From positions 1 to 26,260 of the forward strand of contig JBBIOM010000028.1 of assembly GCA_037443365.1 (NCBI GenBank): a DNA stretch of 26,260 nt, written 5' to 3'. This document shows positions 1-7,648 of the stretch, piece after piece (position 1 is the first letter of the stretch; each line of letters begins with the position of its first letter). The DNA is from Armatimonadota bacterium. GTDB lineage: Bacteria; Sysuimicrobiota; Sysuimicrobiia; Sysuimicrobiales; Humicultoraceae. The notes below the pieces were generated by a model. It had not been told where the DNA came from. It saw nothing but the letters and a program-made list of their open reading frames with translations, and ran no database searches. The position numbers and the translations under genes were made by a program.

Positions 1-37
1 GAAGGAGGGCCTTGTCAACATCCACGGTGGTGCGCAC
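1..37 (-). CDS. Probable VapB-type (DUF2191-like) type II antitoxin, 5' fragment truncated by the window edge
   Basis: The minus strand reads GTG CGC ACC ACC GTG GAT GTT GAC AAG GCC CTC CTT = MRTTVDVDKALL, with an alternative GTG at 40. This matches the typical MRTT(I/V)D(I/V)DxxLL ribbon-helix-helix N-terminus. Only 12 codons are visible. Confidence 0.5.
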   Translation of the reverse strand, partial: MRTTVDVDKALL

Positions 38-73
38 CACTGGGAGCCGGTGATCTATGCGTCTCGTGGCCCG

Positions 74-880
74 CTATGCCCAGCGCCGCCGGACCTTGAA
101 CCGCCGGAAGCCCTTGACCGACTCCTCCTTGACCATGCCGAGGTAGAGCTCCTGTACGTTCGGGTCGGCTTCCAGGCGGGCGCTGGTGCCCTCCAGCACG
201 ATGCGCCCGCTCTCCAGCACGTAGCAGTAGTCGGCGACCCCCAGCGCCTGCCTGGCGTTCTGCTCGATCAGGAGCATGGCCGTCCCGGCGGCGTGTATCG
301 CGCGGATGGTAGAGAACACCTCGCCGACGATGCGCGGGGCCAGCCCCAGCGAGGGCTCGTCCAGCAGCATCAGCCTGGGGCGGCTCATCAGCGCGCGCGC
401 CAGGACGAGCATCTGCTGCTCGCCGCCGGAGAGCGTGCCCGCCAGCTGCCGGCGCCGCTCGCCCAGGATCGGGAAGCGCGCCTCCATCTCCGCGATGTCG
501 CCGGCCACCCCGGCGTCGCCGCGCGCGTAGGCGCCCAGGCGCAGGTTCTCGTGCACGGTCAGTTCCGGGAAGATGCCGCGTCCCTCGGGGATGTACGCGA
601 CCCCGAGGCGTGCTATGTCCTCGGGGTCCCACCCGTTGACGCGCCGGCCCATGACCTCCACGGTGCCCTTCTCGGGCTGGTCAGGGATGTAGCCCATTAT
701 CGTCCGAAGCAGCGTGCTCTTGCCCGCGCCGTTGGATCCCAGGATGGCGACCACCTGCCCTGGGAGAACCTCCAGTGAGACGCCGCGCAGCACCGTCAAC
801 CTGCCGTAGTACGCGGTCTCGATGTTGCTGATGCGCAGCAGCGGGACGCCCGCACCCAGGGCTGGCTTGGGAGCGCTCAC
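74..880 (-). CDS. livF: HAAT/Liv-type ABC transporter ATP-binding subunit (LivF-like), 268 aa
   Basis: Walker A GSNGAGKST, signature LSGGEQQM, Walker B LLLDEPSLGLAP, and IEQN. The start is placed at GTG 880, which overlaps the livG stop (GTGA), rather than at 1045. Confidence 0.92.
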   Translation of the reverse strand: MSAPKPALGAGVPLLRISNIETAYYGRLTVLRGVSLEVLPGQVVAILGSNGAGKSTLLRTIMGYIPDQPEKGTVEVMGRRVNGWDPEDIARLGVAYIPEGRGIFPELTVHENLRLGAYARGDAGVAGDIAEMEARFPILGERRRQLAGTLSGGEQQMLVLARALMSRPRLMLLDEPSLGLAPRIVGEVFSTIRAIHAAGTAMLLIEQNARQALGVADYCYVLESGRIVLEGTSARLEADPNVQELYLGMVKEESVKGFRRFKVRRRWA

Positions 881-1650
881 GCGACCGTCTCCCCGAGGTA
901 GGCGCTGACCACGGCCGGGTCTCGCTGGATCGCCTCGGGCGGGCCCTGCGCTATCTTCACGCCGTGATCGAGCACCGCGATCCAGTCCGAGATCCCCATG
1001 ACGATCTTCAAGTCGTGCTCCACCAGTACAACCGTGATGCCCCACTCCTCCCGGATGTCCCTGATCCGAAAGACCAGATCGGCCTTCTCCTCGGCGGTCA
1101 TGCCCGAGGACGGCTCATCGAGCATGAGCAGGACCGGCTCGGTGGCCAGCGCGCGGGCAATCTCGACCAGGCGCTGCTGGCCCATCGGCAGGTCGCCCAC
1201 GCGGCGGCGGCGCGTCGCCTGGAGATCGAGGAAGTCCAGGATCTCCTCGACCCTGCGTCGGTGTCGCACCTCTTCCCGCTTCCACCGCCAGGTGCCCAGC
1301 GCGGCGTCCGCAAACGAGGTCCTGATGTGCAGGTGCCGTCCCAGCATCACGTTGTCCAGCACCGTGCTGTTGCGGAACAGCTCGAGGTTCTGAAAGGTGC
1401 GGGCGATGCCGCGCCGGGCCACCGCGTCGGGACGCCGCGGGAGCGGCTCCCCCTGGAACTGGGCCGTCCCGCGGTCAGGCCTGTAGAGCCCGCAGATGCA
1501 GTTGAAGAGCGTTGTCTTGCCTGCGCCGTTTGGGCCGATCACCGAGACCAGTTCGCGCGCCCCGACGCAGAGATCCACGTTGTCGAGGGCCACCACGCCG
1601 CCAAAGGCGATCGAGAGGCCCTCGACTTCCAGCAGCGGCTGCGCGCTCAT
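877..1650 (-). CDS. livG: HAAT/Liv-type ABC transporter ATP-binding subunit (LivG-like)
   Basis: GPNGAGKTT, ARTFQN, LMLDEPSSG, VEHD and the C-terminal VVSAYLG motif. Confidence 0.93.
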   Translation of the reverse strand: MSAQPLLEVEGLSIAFGGVVALDNVDLCVGARELVSVIGPNGAGKTTLFNCICGLYRPDRGTAQFQGEPLPRRPDAVARRGIARTFQNLELFRNSTVLDNVMLGRHLHIRTSFADAALGTWRWKREEVRHRRRVEEILDFLDLQATRRRRVGDLPMGQQRLVEIARALATEPVLLMLDEPSSGMTAEEKADLVFRIRDIREEWGITVVLVEHDLKIVMGISDWIAVLDHGVKIAQGPPEAIQRDPAVVSAYLGETVA

Positions 1651-1676
1651 GGAGAGATGACCATCCTGGTGGAGGA

Positions 1677-1705
1677 AGGGGCCGGGTCCGCTACCCCCGG
1701 CCCCT
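1677..1705 (-). terminator. Intergenic GC-rich hairpin after the binding-protein gene (partial terminator or mRNA-stabilising stem)
   Basis: AGGGGCCGGG (1677-1686) and CCCGGCCCCT (1696-1705) form a perfect 10-bp inverted repeat with a 9-nt loop. There is no clear U-tract. Confidence 0.5.
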
Positions 1706-1712
1706 GCCCGAC

Positions 1713-2912
1713 CTAGAACTTCCTGGCATAGGTGTACCAGCCGGTCAGCTTCGTGTACTGGCCCCGCTCAGACCTCACCATGAAGAGGCGGTTGATGCCC
1801 TGCCGGCTCTCCTTGGTGAAGGTTACGCCCCTTATCGCCTCGCCGTCCCAGTTCTTGATGGTCTCCATCGCCTCGACGAGCCGCTCCTTGGTCAGAGTCG
1901 GCCCGGCCCGGCGGATGCCCTCGAGGAACGGCTCGATGAACGAGACGCCCGCGGCCGCATTGAATGAGAGACGGGCCAGCGCCGGGTTGTACCGGACCAG
2001 GGTGGCCAGCACCGCGTCCACGCGCGCGTCGCCCGTGCCCAGCACCGGCATGTAGGAGGTGAGGTAGATATCGTTCCAGGCCTCGCCGGCCAGGGCGAAC
2101 ATCATGGGATCCAACAGCGTGAAGGTGGCCATCAGCGTGGGCCGGTACCCCACCTTCGCGATCTCCCGCACGAGCAGCGCTGACTGCCGGGGAGCGCCAT
2201 ACAGGATGACCGTGTCGGCGCCCGACTCCTTCAGCTTGAGCGCCTGTGCCGTCACCTCCACGTCAACGACCTCATAGGATACCTGGGCCACCAGTTTCGC
2301 GCCCTTGGCCCGGGCCGCAAAGACCCCTCGCTTGACGCCGAGCAGCCCTTGCTGGCCGTAGAGGTCGTTCTGGTAGAAGACGGCGATGTTCTTGGCCTTG
2401 AGGTTCTCCACCCCGTACTTGGTCAGGTAGATGCCCTCATCCACATAGCCGGGGTAGGTGATGAACACGTACCGGTTGCGCTCGCGCATGCCCGCCCACA
2501 TGTCCGCGCCGCAGGCCGGGGTGATCCAGAAGGTCTTGCTCTCGACCATGAAGTCCCTGACCGCGTAGCAGTTGGCGGTGCCGATCTGTGAGACGATCGC
2601 TAAGACGCCGTCCCGCTCCACCAGCTCGCGCACGTTCGCCACGGCGCGGGGCGGAAGATAGGCGTCGTCGCGTATCAGTAGCCGGAACTTGCGGCCGTGG
2701 ATGCCGCCCTGATCGTTGACATGTCGGAGCCAGGCGTCCATGCCTCCCCCGACCCCCATCCCCCAAGGGGAGGCCGGGCCGGACATGGGCATCGAGGTCC
2801 CGAGCACTATCTCGGTGGGCGTGACGCCCCGCTCGGCAGGCTGGCCGATGGCCGGGATGCCAAGGGCCGCCACAACCGCCAGTGCGACTGCAAACCTGAC
2901 AAGAGATCTCAT
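1713..2912 (-). CDS. ABC transporter substrate-binding protein, periplasmic binding protein type 1 (Liv/aromatic-/fatty-acid-binding family), 399 aa
   Basis: Signal peptide MRSLVRFAVALAVVAALGIPAIG, followed by GVTPTEIVLG..PMSGPAS, NDQGGIHGRK, DDAYLP and YQNDLYG. A GGAGG-like RBS precedes ATG 2912. Confidence 0.9.
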   Translation of the reverse strand: MRSLVRFAVALAVVAALGIPAIGQPAERGVTPTEIVLGTSMPMSGPASPWGMGVGGGMDAWLRHVNDQGGIHGRKFRLLIRDDAYLPPRAVANVRELVERDGVLAIVSQIGTANCYAVRDFMVESKTFWITPACGADMWAGMRERNRYVFITYPGYVDEGIYLTKYGVENLKAKNIAVFYQNDLYGQQGLLGVKRGVFAARAKGAKLVAQVSYEVVDVEVTAQALKLKESGADTVILYGAPRQSALLVREIAKVGYRPTLMATFTLLDPMMFALAGEAWNDIYLTSYMPVLGTGDARVDAVLATLVRYNPALARLSFNAAAGVSFIEPFLEGIRRAGPTLTKERLVEAMETIKNWDGEAIRGVTFTKESRQGINRLFMVRSERGQYTKLTGWYTYARKF

Positions 2913-2946
2913 TCGCGCTCCCTCCCCGCGTCTCGGGTCTGTGATC

Positions 2947-3822
2947 TCATACCCTCCTGTGGTACACGCGCCCAAGCATTCCTTCCGGTCGTAGGAGCAG
3001 CACCAGGATGATAACGGCGAAGGCCATCGTGGTCTTGAACTTGAACGAGACGTACCCGGCGAAGACGTTTTCGGCGATCCCGAGCAGGAATCCCCCCAGG
3101 ACAGCTCCTGGAAGGCTGTCCATCCCGCCCATGACCGCGGCCGCGAAGCCCTTGAGGAACGGGTCGAGCATCATGAATGGGTCGAGGTAGACGACCGGCG
3201 CCAGGAGCACGCCGGCGGCCCCGCCCAGGGCCCCGGCCAGGCCCCAGGTGAGGGCGTAGATCCGGCGGGCAGGGATGCCCAGCGCCTGGGCCGCATCCAC
3301 GCGCTGCGCCACCGCGCGCATGGCCAGGCCCACCTTGGTGCCCTGTACCAGGACATAGAGCAGGGTCATCAGCACGATGCCGATGACGATCGTACCCAGG
3401 TTCATCTCGCTGATGACAACCTGCCCGAGCCGGTAGACCCGCAACTCCGAGAGCGGGAACGGGAAGACCAGCGTCTCGGTTCCCCAGACCACCTGTACGG
3501 TGCCGCCCAGCAGCAGGGCCAGTCCGATCGTGAGCACGATCTTGCCCAGCAGCGAGGCCTCCTTGGCCGGGCGGAGCACGAGGAAGAAGAACAGCGCGCC
3601 GACCAATGCGGCCGCGGCCAGACCACCGATCACCGCGAGTGAGAACGGTAGTTTGCGCGCAATCAGCGTGAACGCGACAAAGGTCCCCAGGGTCGCGATG
3701 TCGCCGTGCGCGAAGTTCAGTACTCTTGAACTCCTGTACAGAAGAACCACGCCCAGGGCCACGAGCGCATAGAGACTGCCGGCAGCCAGTCCACTCACCA
3801 GGTACTGCGCCAGGTGCGTCAC
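2947..3822 (-). CDS. livH: HAAT ABC transporter permease (LivH-like)
   Basis: GLAAGSLYALVALG, VLNFAHG, GLAMRAVA and GGMDSLPGA. The start is GTG 3822, coupled to the livM stop (GTGA); ATG 3831 is an alternative. Confidence 0.9.
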   Translation of the reverse strand: MTHLAQYLVSGLAAGSLYALVALGVVLLYRSSRVLNFAHGDIATLGTFVAFTLIARKLPFSLAVIGGLAAAALVGALFFFLVLRPAKEASLLGKIVLTIGLALLLGGTVQVVWGTETLVFPFPLSELRVYRLGQVVISEMNLGTIVIGIVLMTLLYVLVQGTKVGLAMRAVAQRVDAAQALGIPARRIYALTWGLAGALGGAAGVLLAPVVYLDPFMMLDPFLKGFAAAVMGGMDSLPGAVLGGFLLGIAENVFAGYVSFKFKTTMAFAVIILVLLLRPEGMLGRVYHRRV

Positions 3823-4844
3823 AGCGGCCATGCCTTGAAGTACAACTTGATCCTAATCCACCGTCCGTAGAGCCCCAGCGGCTCGACCATCATCATCAGG
3901 ATTATGCTCGCGCCGTATACGACCGGGAGCCACTGCTTGAGCCCGCTCAGGTAGTGGGGCAGGAGCGTGAGGATCACCGCGCCGATGATGGCGCCCGAGA
4001 CCGTTCCCAACCCTCCGATCACGATCATCGCGAAGTAGGTGATGGACTCCAGGAAGGTGAACGATTGGGGCTCCAGGTGCCGCAGGGCCTGCGCCACGAT
4101 GGCGCCCGCGACCCCGGCGTAGGCGGCGCTGATCCCAAACGCCAGGGTCTTGTGCCAGAGCAGGTTCACCCCGGTCACCTCGGCGGCGATGTCGCTGTCG
4201 CGCAGGGCCGCGAACGCCCGGCCGATGTGCGAGCGGGCAAGGTTGTAGCCGATCCATGAGAGCAGGACGGCCGCGCCCACGGCCACGTAGTAGAGCTGCT
4301 GCGTGGGCGTCAGCCCGGCTATCCCGAGCGAGAGTTGCTGGACCGGCAGCCCGGTGCGTCCCCCGGACAGCGCCGTCCAGTTGACGAGAACCTGGTAGAC
4401 GGCGATGCCGAACCCCAGCGTGGCGATGGCCAGGTAGGGGCCGGTGAGGCGCAGCGCCGGCAGGCCTACGACGAAGCCAAATCCGGCCGTGATCGCCGCC
4501 GCACCGATCCAGGCCACGTACCAGGGGAGACCGAGTTTGGCAGCCAGCAGGCCTGAGGCATAGGCGCCGATGGCCACGAAGCCGGCGTGCCCCAGCGAGA
4601 TGAGCCCGGTGAACCCGACCAGCATGTTCAGGCCCACCGCCACGATCACGTTCGCGGCCATCAGGATGGCGATGAAAAGGAGATAGCCCAGGCCGAACCT
4701 GGGCAGGAGGAAGGGCAGGGACGCCAGCCCGACCAGCAGGAACACGACCGCGGCCCAGCCCGGCGCTCCCTTCACTAGATAGAGGTCGTCCTGGTACCGC
4801 TCCAGCAGATTGCTCGACACGACGATTTGCGGTATTCGCCCCAC
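3819..4844 (-). CDS. livM: HAAT ABC transporter permease (LivM-like)
   Basis: GLNMLVGFTGLISLGHAGF, LRLTGPYLAIATL, GRAFAALRD and IGGLG. Hydrophobic and polytopic. Confidence 0.9.
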   Translation of the reverse strand: MGRIPQIVVSSNLLERYQDDLYLVKGAPGWAAVVFLLVGLASLPFLLPRFGLGYLLFIAILMAANVIVAVGLNMLVGFTGLISLGHAGFVAIGAYASGLLAAKLGLPWYVAWIGAAAITAGFGFVVGLPALRLTGPYLAIATLGFGIAVYQVLVNWTALSGGRTGLPVQQLSLGIAGLTPTQQLYYVAVGAAVLLSWIGYNLARSHIGRAFAALRDSDIAAEVTGVNLLWHKTLAFGISAAYAGVAGAIVAQALRHLEPQSFTFLESITYFAMIVIGGLGTVSGAIIGAVILTLLPHYLSGLKQWLPVVYGASIILMMMVEPLGLYGRWIRIKLYFKAWPL

Positions 4845-4863
4845 TGGGGGCAGGCACCTTCTG

Positions 4864-4872
4864 TGCTATACT
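4864..4872 (+). promoter_or_regulatory. Extended -10 promoter element (TGcTATACT) for the oxidoreductase operon
   Basis: TG-n-TATACT ends 10 nt before ATG 4883. No SD sequence is visible, implying a near-leaderless mRNA. Confidence 0.5.
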
Positions 4873-4882
4873 TTGCTCGCCC

Positions 4883-6775
4883 ATGCCTGCACAGACGGTA
4901 GTTGACAGCCTCAAACTGCTCGTCGGAGGGGTCCAGCTCCGCGACGCGGTTACCACGGTTACGGACATCCTCGGGAAGCTGTTCGTACGATCCGGGCTGC
5001 ACGTCCTGGCCATGGAGAGGGGATACGCCTCGACGATCTACGGCGCCCACCAGTTCGACCCGATGGTCGTTTCAGTCGCCCCACCGCTCTCCTACGGCGA
5101 CGATTGCAGCGATATTCTCGTCGCGTTGGAGCACGATTCCAACGTTGACGCACCCATCCAGCCCAATCGCGACACGATTCTGCGGCACGGCGGGAACCTG
5201 ATTGACCATGGGGTCCTGATCTACGACAACAGCAACGACACCGTGGATGTGAGCGATCTCCAGGCACGCGGGATTCGGGTCTTCCCCATACCGGCCCGCC
5301 GGATCGCGCAGCGCGAGTTGCGACTCGAGGTGACGAAGAACACGATCATCTCCGGCGCGCTGCTGCGCCTGCTCGAGTTCGACATGGACTACTCCCTGCT
5401 CCGCGCCTATCTGGAGGGGCGCTTCCTCGACAAGGGGCGCGCGGTTGTGGACGTCAACCTCGAGGCGGCGCGAAGGGGCCGGGCAGCGGTCGAGGAGGTG
5501 CTCTCGAGCGCCGGGTGGGACGGCATCGGCTACCGCCTCGAGCCGCAGCCCGCGGCGCCCAGCCTGCTGCTGACCGGCAACGAGGCCGTGGCCATGGGCT
5601 GCATCCTGGCCGGCTGCCGGTTCTACTCCGGCTATCCGATTACGCCCGCCACCTCGATCATGGAGTTCTTAGAAGAGCACCTGCCGCGGTACAGGGGCAG
5701 GGTGCTGCAGGGGCAGAACGAGCGCGAATCCATGCGCGCGGCGATCGGCGCCAGCATCGCCGGGGCCCGCAGCGCCGTGGGATCCTCGGGGCCGGGGATA
5801 TCGCTGAAGATCGAGGAGTTAGGGCTGGCCGGCGCGACCGAGACGCCGCTCGTGCTCATTGACACGCAGCGCGCGGGTCCTGCGACCGGCATGCCCACGA
5901 AGAGCGAGCAGGGCGACCTGGCGATGGCCGTCTACGCCGGGCACGGCGAGATACCACGCATCGTGCTCTCGGCAGGGACGGTCGAGGAGTGCTACGCCCT
6001 CGCTTTCGAGGCGTTCGACCTGGCCGACAAGTACCAGTGCCCGGTGTTCCTGCTGAGCGACCTCACCCTGACGGACGGCCGCCAGAGCCTTCCCGAGGCC
6101 TTTTTCACCGAGAGCCGCAGGCCCGTGATCCGCCACGGCCTGGTGCGCGCGCCGGACGCGGAGGGCGACGGATACCGCCGCTTCGCGATGACCCCGTCGG
6201 GCATCTCTCCCCGCAGCATCGTGGGCACCCCGGGCGCCATCTTCAAGGTGAGCGGGACCGAGCACGACGAGACCGGGCTCATCACCACCGATCCATCCAA
6301 GCGCAAGGCGATCGTCGAGAAGCGGATGCGCAAGATGCAGACCTACCTTCGGGAAGACGCCCGGCCGCCACAGGTGTTCGGCTCGCCCGACGGCGTCCCG
6401 CTGCTCGTCGGGTGGGGCTCGACCAAGATGCCGCTCCTGGACGCGCAGGCGCGCCTTCGCTCCGAGGGGACCGAGACGTGCGTGATCTACTTCACGCACA
6501 TCTGGCCCTTCCCTGTTCATCTGGTGGCGCCCCTGCTGCGGCGGGGGTCCGCGCTCATCGTCGTCGAGGGGAACTACTCGGGACAGCTCGCGTCGCTCGT
6601 CCAGCAGGAGTGCCTGATCGAGACATGCCGCGTCCTCAAGTACAACGGCCGGCCGTTCTACACGGCGGACATTGCAGGCGGCGTACGCCTGGTACTGTCC
6701 GGCGCGGCGCGCGAGGTCCGGGTGGGCGAGGGGGCGCCGGCCGCCGGCCCCCAGACACCGGCGGAGGCCAAGTAG
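4883..6775 (+). CDS. 2-oxoacid:ferredoxin (acceptor) oxidoreductase alpha subunit with fused N-terminal gamma domain
   Basis: LLTGNEAVAMG, GCRFYSGYPITP, SSGPGISL, QRAGPATGMPTKSEQGDL, EHDETG and VVEGNYSGQLA. KorA/OforA-like; substrate uncertain. Confidence 0.9.
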   Translation: MPAQTVVDSLKLLVGGVQLRDAVTTVTDILGKLFVRSGLHVLAMERGYASTIYGAHQFDPMVVSVAPPLSYGDDCSDILVALEHDSNVDAPIQPNRDTILRHGGNLIDHGVLIYDNSNDTVDVSDLQARGIRVFPIPARRIAQRELRLEVTKNTIISGALLRLLEFDMDYSLLRAYLEGRFLDKGRAVVDVNLEAARRGRAAVEEVLSSAGWDGIGYRLEPQPAAPSLLLTGNEAVAMGCILAGCRFYSGYPITPATSIMEFLEEHLPRYRGRVLQGQNERESMRAAIGASIAGARSAVGSSGPGISLKIEELGLAGATETPLVLIDTQRAGPATGMPTKSEQGDLAMAVYAGHGEIPRIVLSAGTVEECYALAFEAFDLADKYQCPVFLLSDLTLTDGRQSLPEAFFTESRRPVIRHGLVRAPDAEGDGYRRFAMTPSGISPRSIVGTPGAIFKVSGTEHDETGLITTDPSKRKAIVEKRMRKMQTYLREDARPPQVFGSPDGVPLLVGWGSTKMPLLDAQARLRSEGTETCVIYFTHIWPFPVHLVAPLLRRGSALIVVEGNYSGQLASLVQQECLIETCRVLKYNGRPFYTADIAGGVRLVLSGAAREVRVGEGAPAAGPQTPAEAK

Positions 6776-6778
6776 CCG

Positions 6779-7648
6779 ATGAGCGCGACGTCGCCCGAGA
6801 TCCTCGAGATGTGGGAGAAGAACGCGTTCCCGCGACACCGGATCCAGTGGTGCCCGGGCTGCGGAGACTTCGGGGTTCTCTCGGCGCTAAAGGCAGCGCT
6901 GGTGCGCCTTGGCGTGATGCCGCACGAGGTGCTCCTGGTCGGGGGGATCGGCTGCTCGGGGCAGACGCGCAACTATCTCAACGGCAACGGGTTCCACGGC
7001 ACGCACGGCGGCCCTCTTGGATACGCGCTGGGCGCCAAGATGGCCGCCCCCGACATCACGGTGATCGCGCTCGCCGGCGACGGCGACACGCTGGCCATCG
7101 GCATGGAGACCTTCATCCACGTCTGCCGCCGCGACCCGGCCGTGGCGCTGATCATGATGAACAACGGCGTGTACGCCCTGACCAGGGGTCAGGACTCGCC
7201 CACCACGGGGCTGGGCAGGGTCATCGAGGAGCACACGGAGGAGCATCCCCCGTTCGTGGATCCCGCACGGCTGGCGATCACGGCGGGCGCGACCTTCGTG
7301 GCGCAGTCGTTCTCCGGAGACCCCAGGCACTGCGCGGAGATCTACCTCGAGGCCTTCCGGCACCCGGGCTTCGCCCTGGTCAACGACTTCTCGCCCTGCG
7401 TGACCTACAACAAGTTCAACACCTTTGCCTGGTTCAGGGAGCACGTCGAGCACATCCCCGAGGGTCACGATGCCTCGGATCGGGCCGCAGCGTGGGCGCT
7501 GCTCGACGACTTCGACCGCAGGGGGAAGCTGCCGCTGGGGATCATCTACCGCGCGCCCAGGCGCAAGCGCGCTCACGCGCGGCTTCCGGTCTGGGAGGAA
7601 GAGCTGGAGGGAGTAGATCCCTCCCCGATGTTCAGCGCGTTCCGCTAG
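6779..7648 (+). CDS. 2-oxoacid:ferredoxin oxidoreductase beta subunit (TPP- and [4Fe-4S]-binding)
   Basis: WCPGCG, GIGCSG, the TPP motif GDGD...NN, and SPCVTYN. Confidence 0.92.
   Translation: MSATSPEILEMWEKNAFPRHRIQWCPGCGDFGVLSALKAALVRLGVMPHEVLLVGGIGCSGQTRNYLNGNGFHGTHGGPLGYALGAKMAAPDITVIALAGDGDTLAIGMETFIHVCRRDPAVALIMMNNGVYALTRGQDSPTTGLGRVIEEHTEEHPPFVDPARLAITAGATFVAQSFSGDPRHCAEIYLEAFRHPGFALVNDFSPCVTYNKFNTFAWFREHVEHIPEGHDASDRAAAWALLDDFDRRGKLPLGIIYRAPRRKRAHARLPVWEEELEGVDPSPMFSAFR

Noticed and set aside
881-1045. N-terminal extension of livF
   Set aside because: It lies within livG in another frame. GTG 880 gives a normal length and translational coupling.
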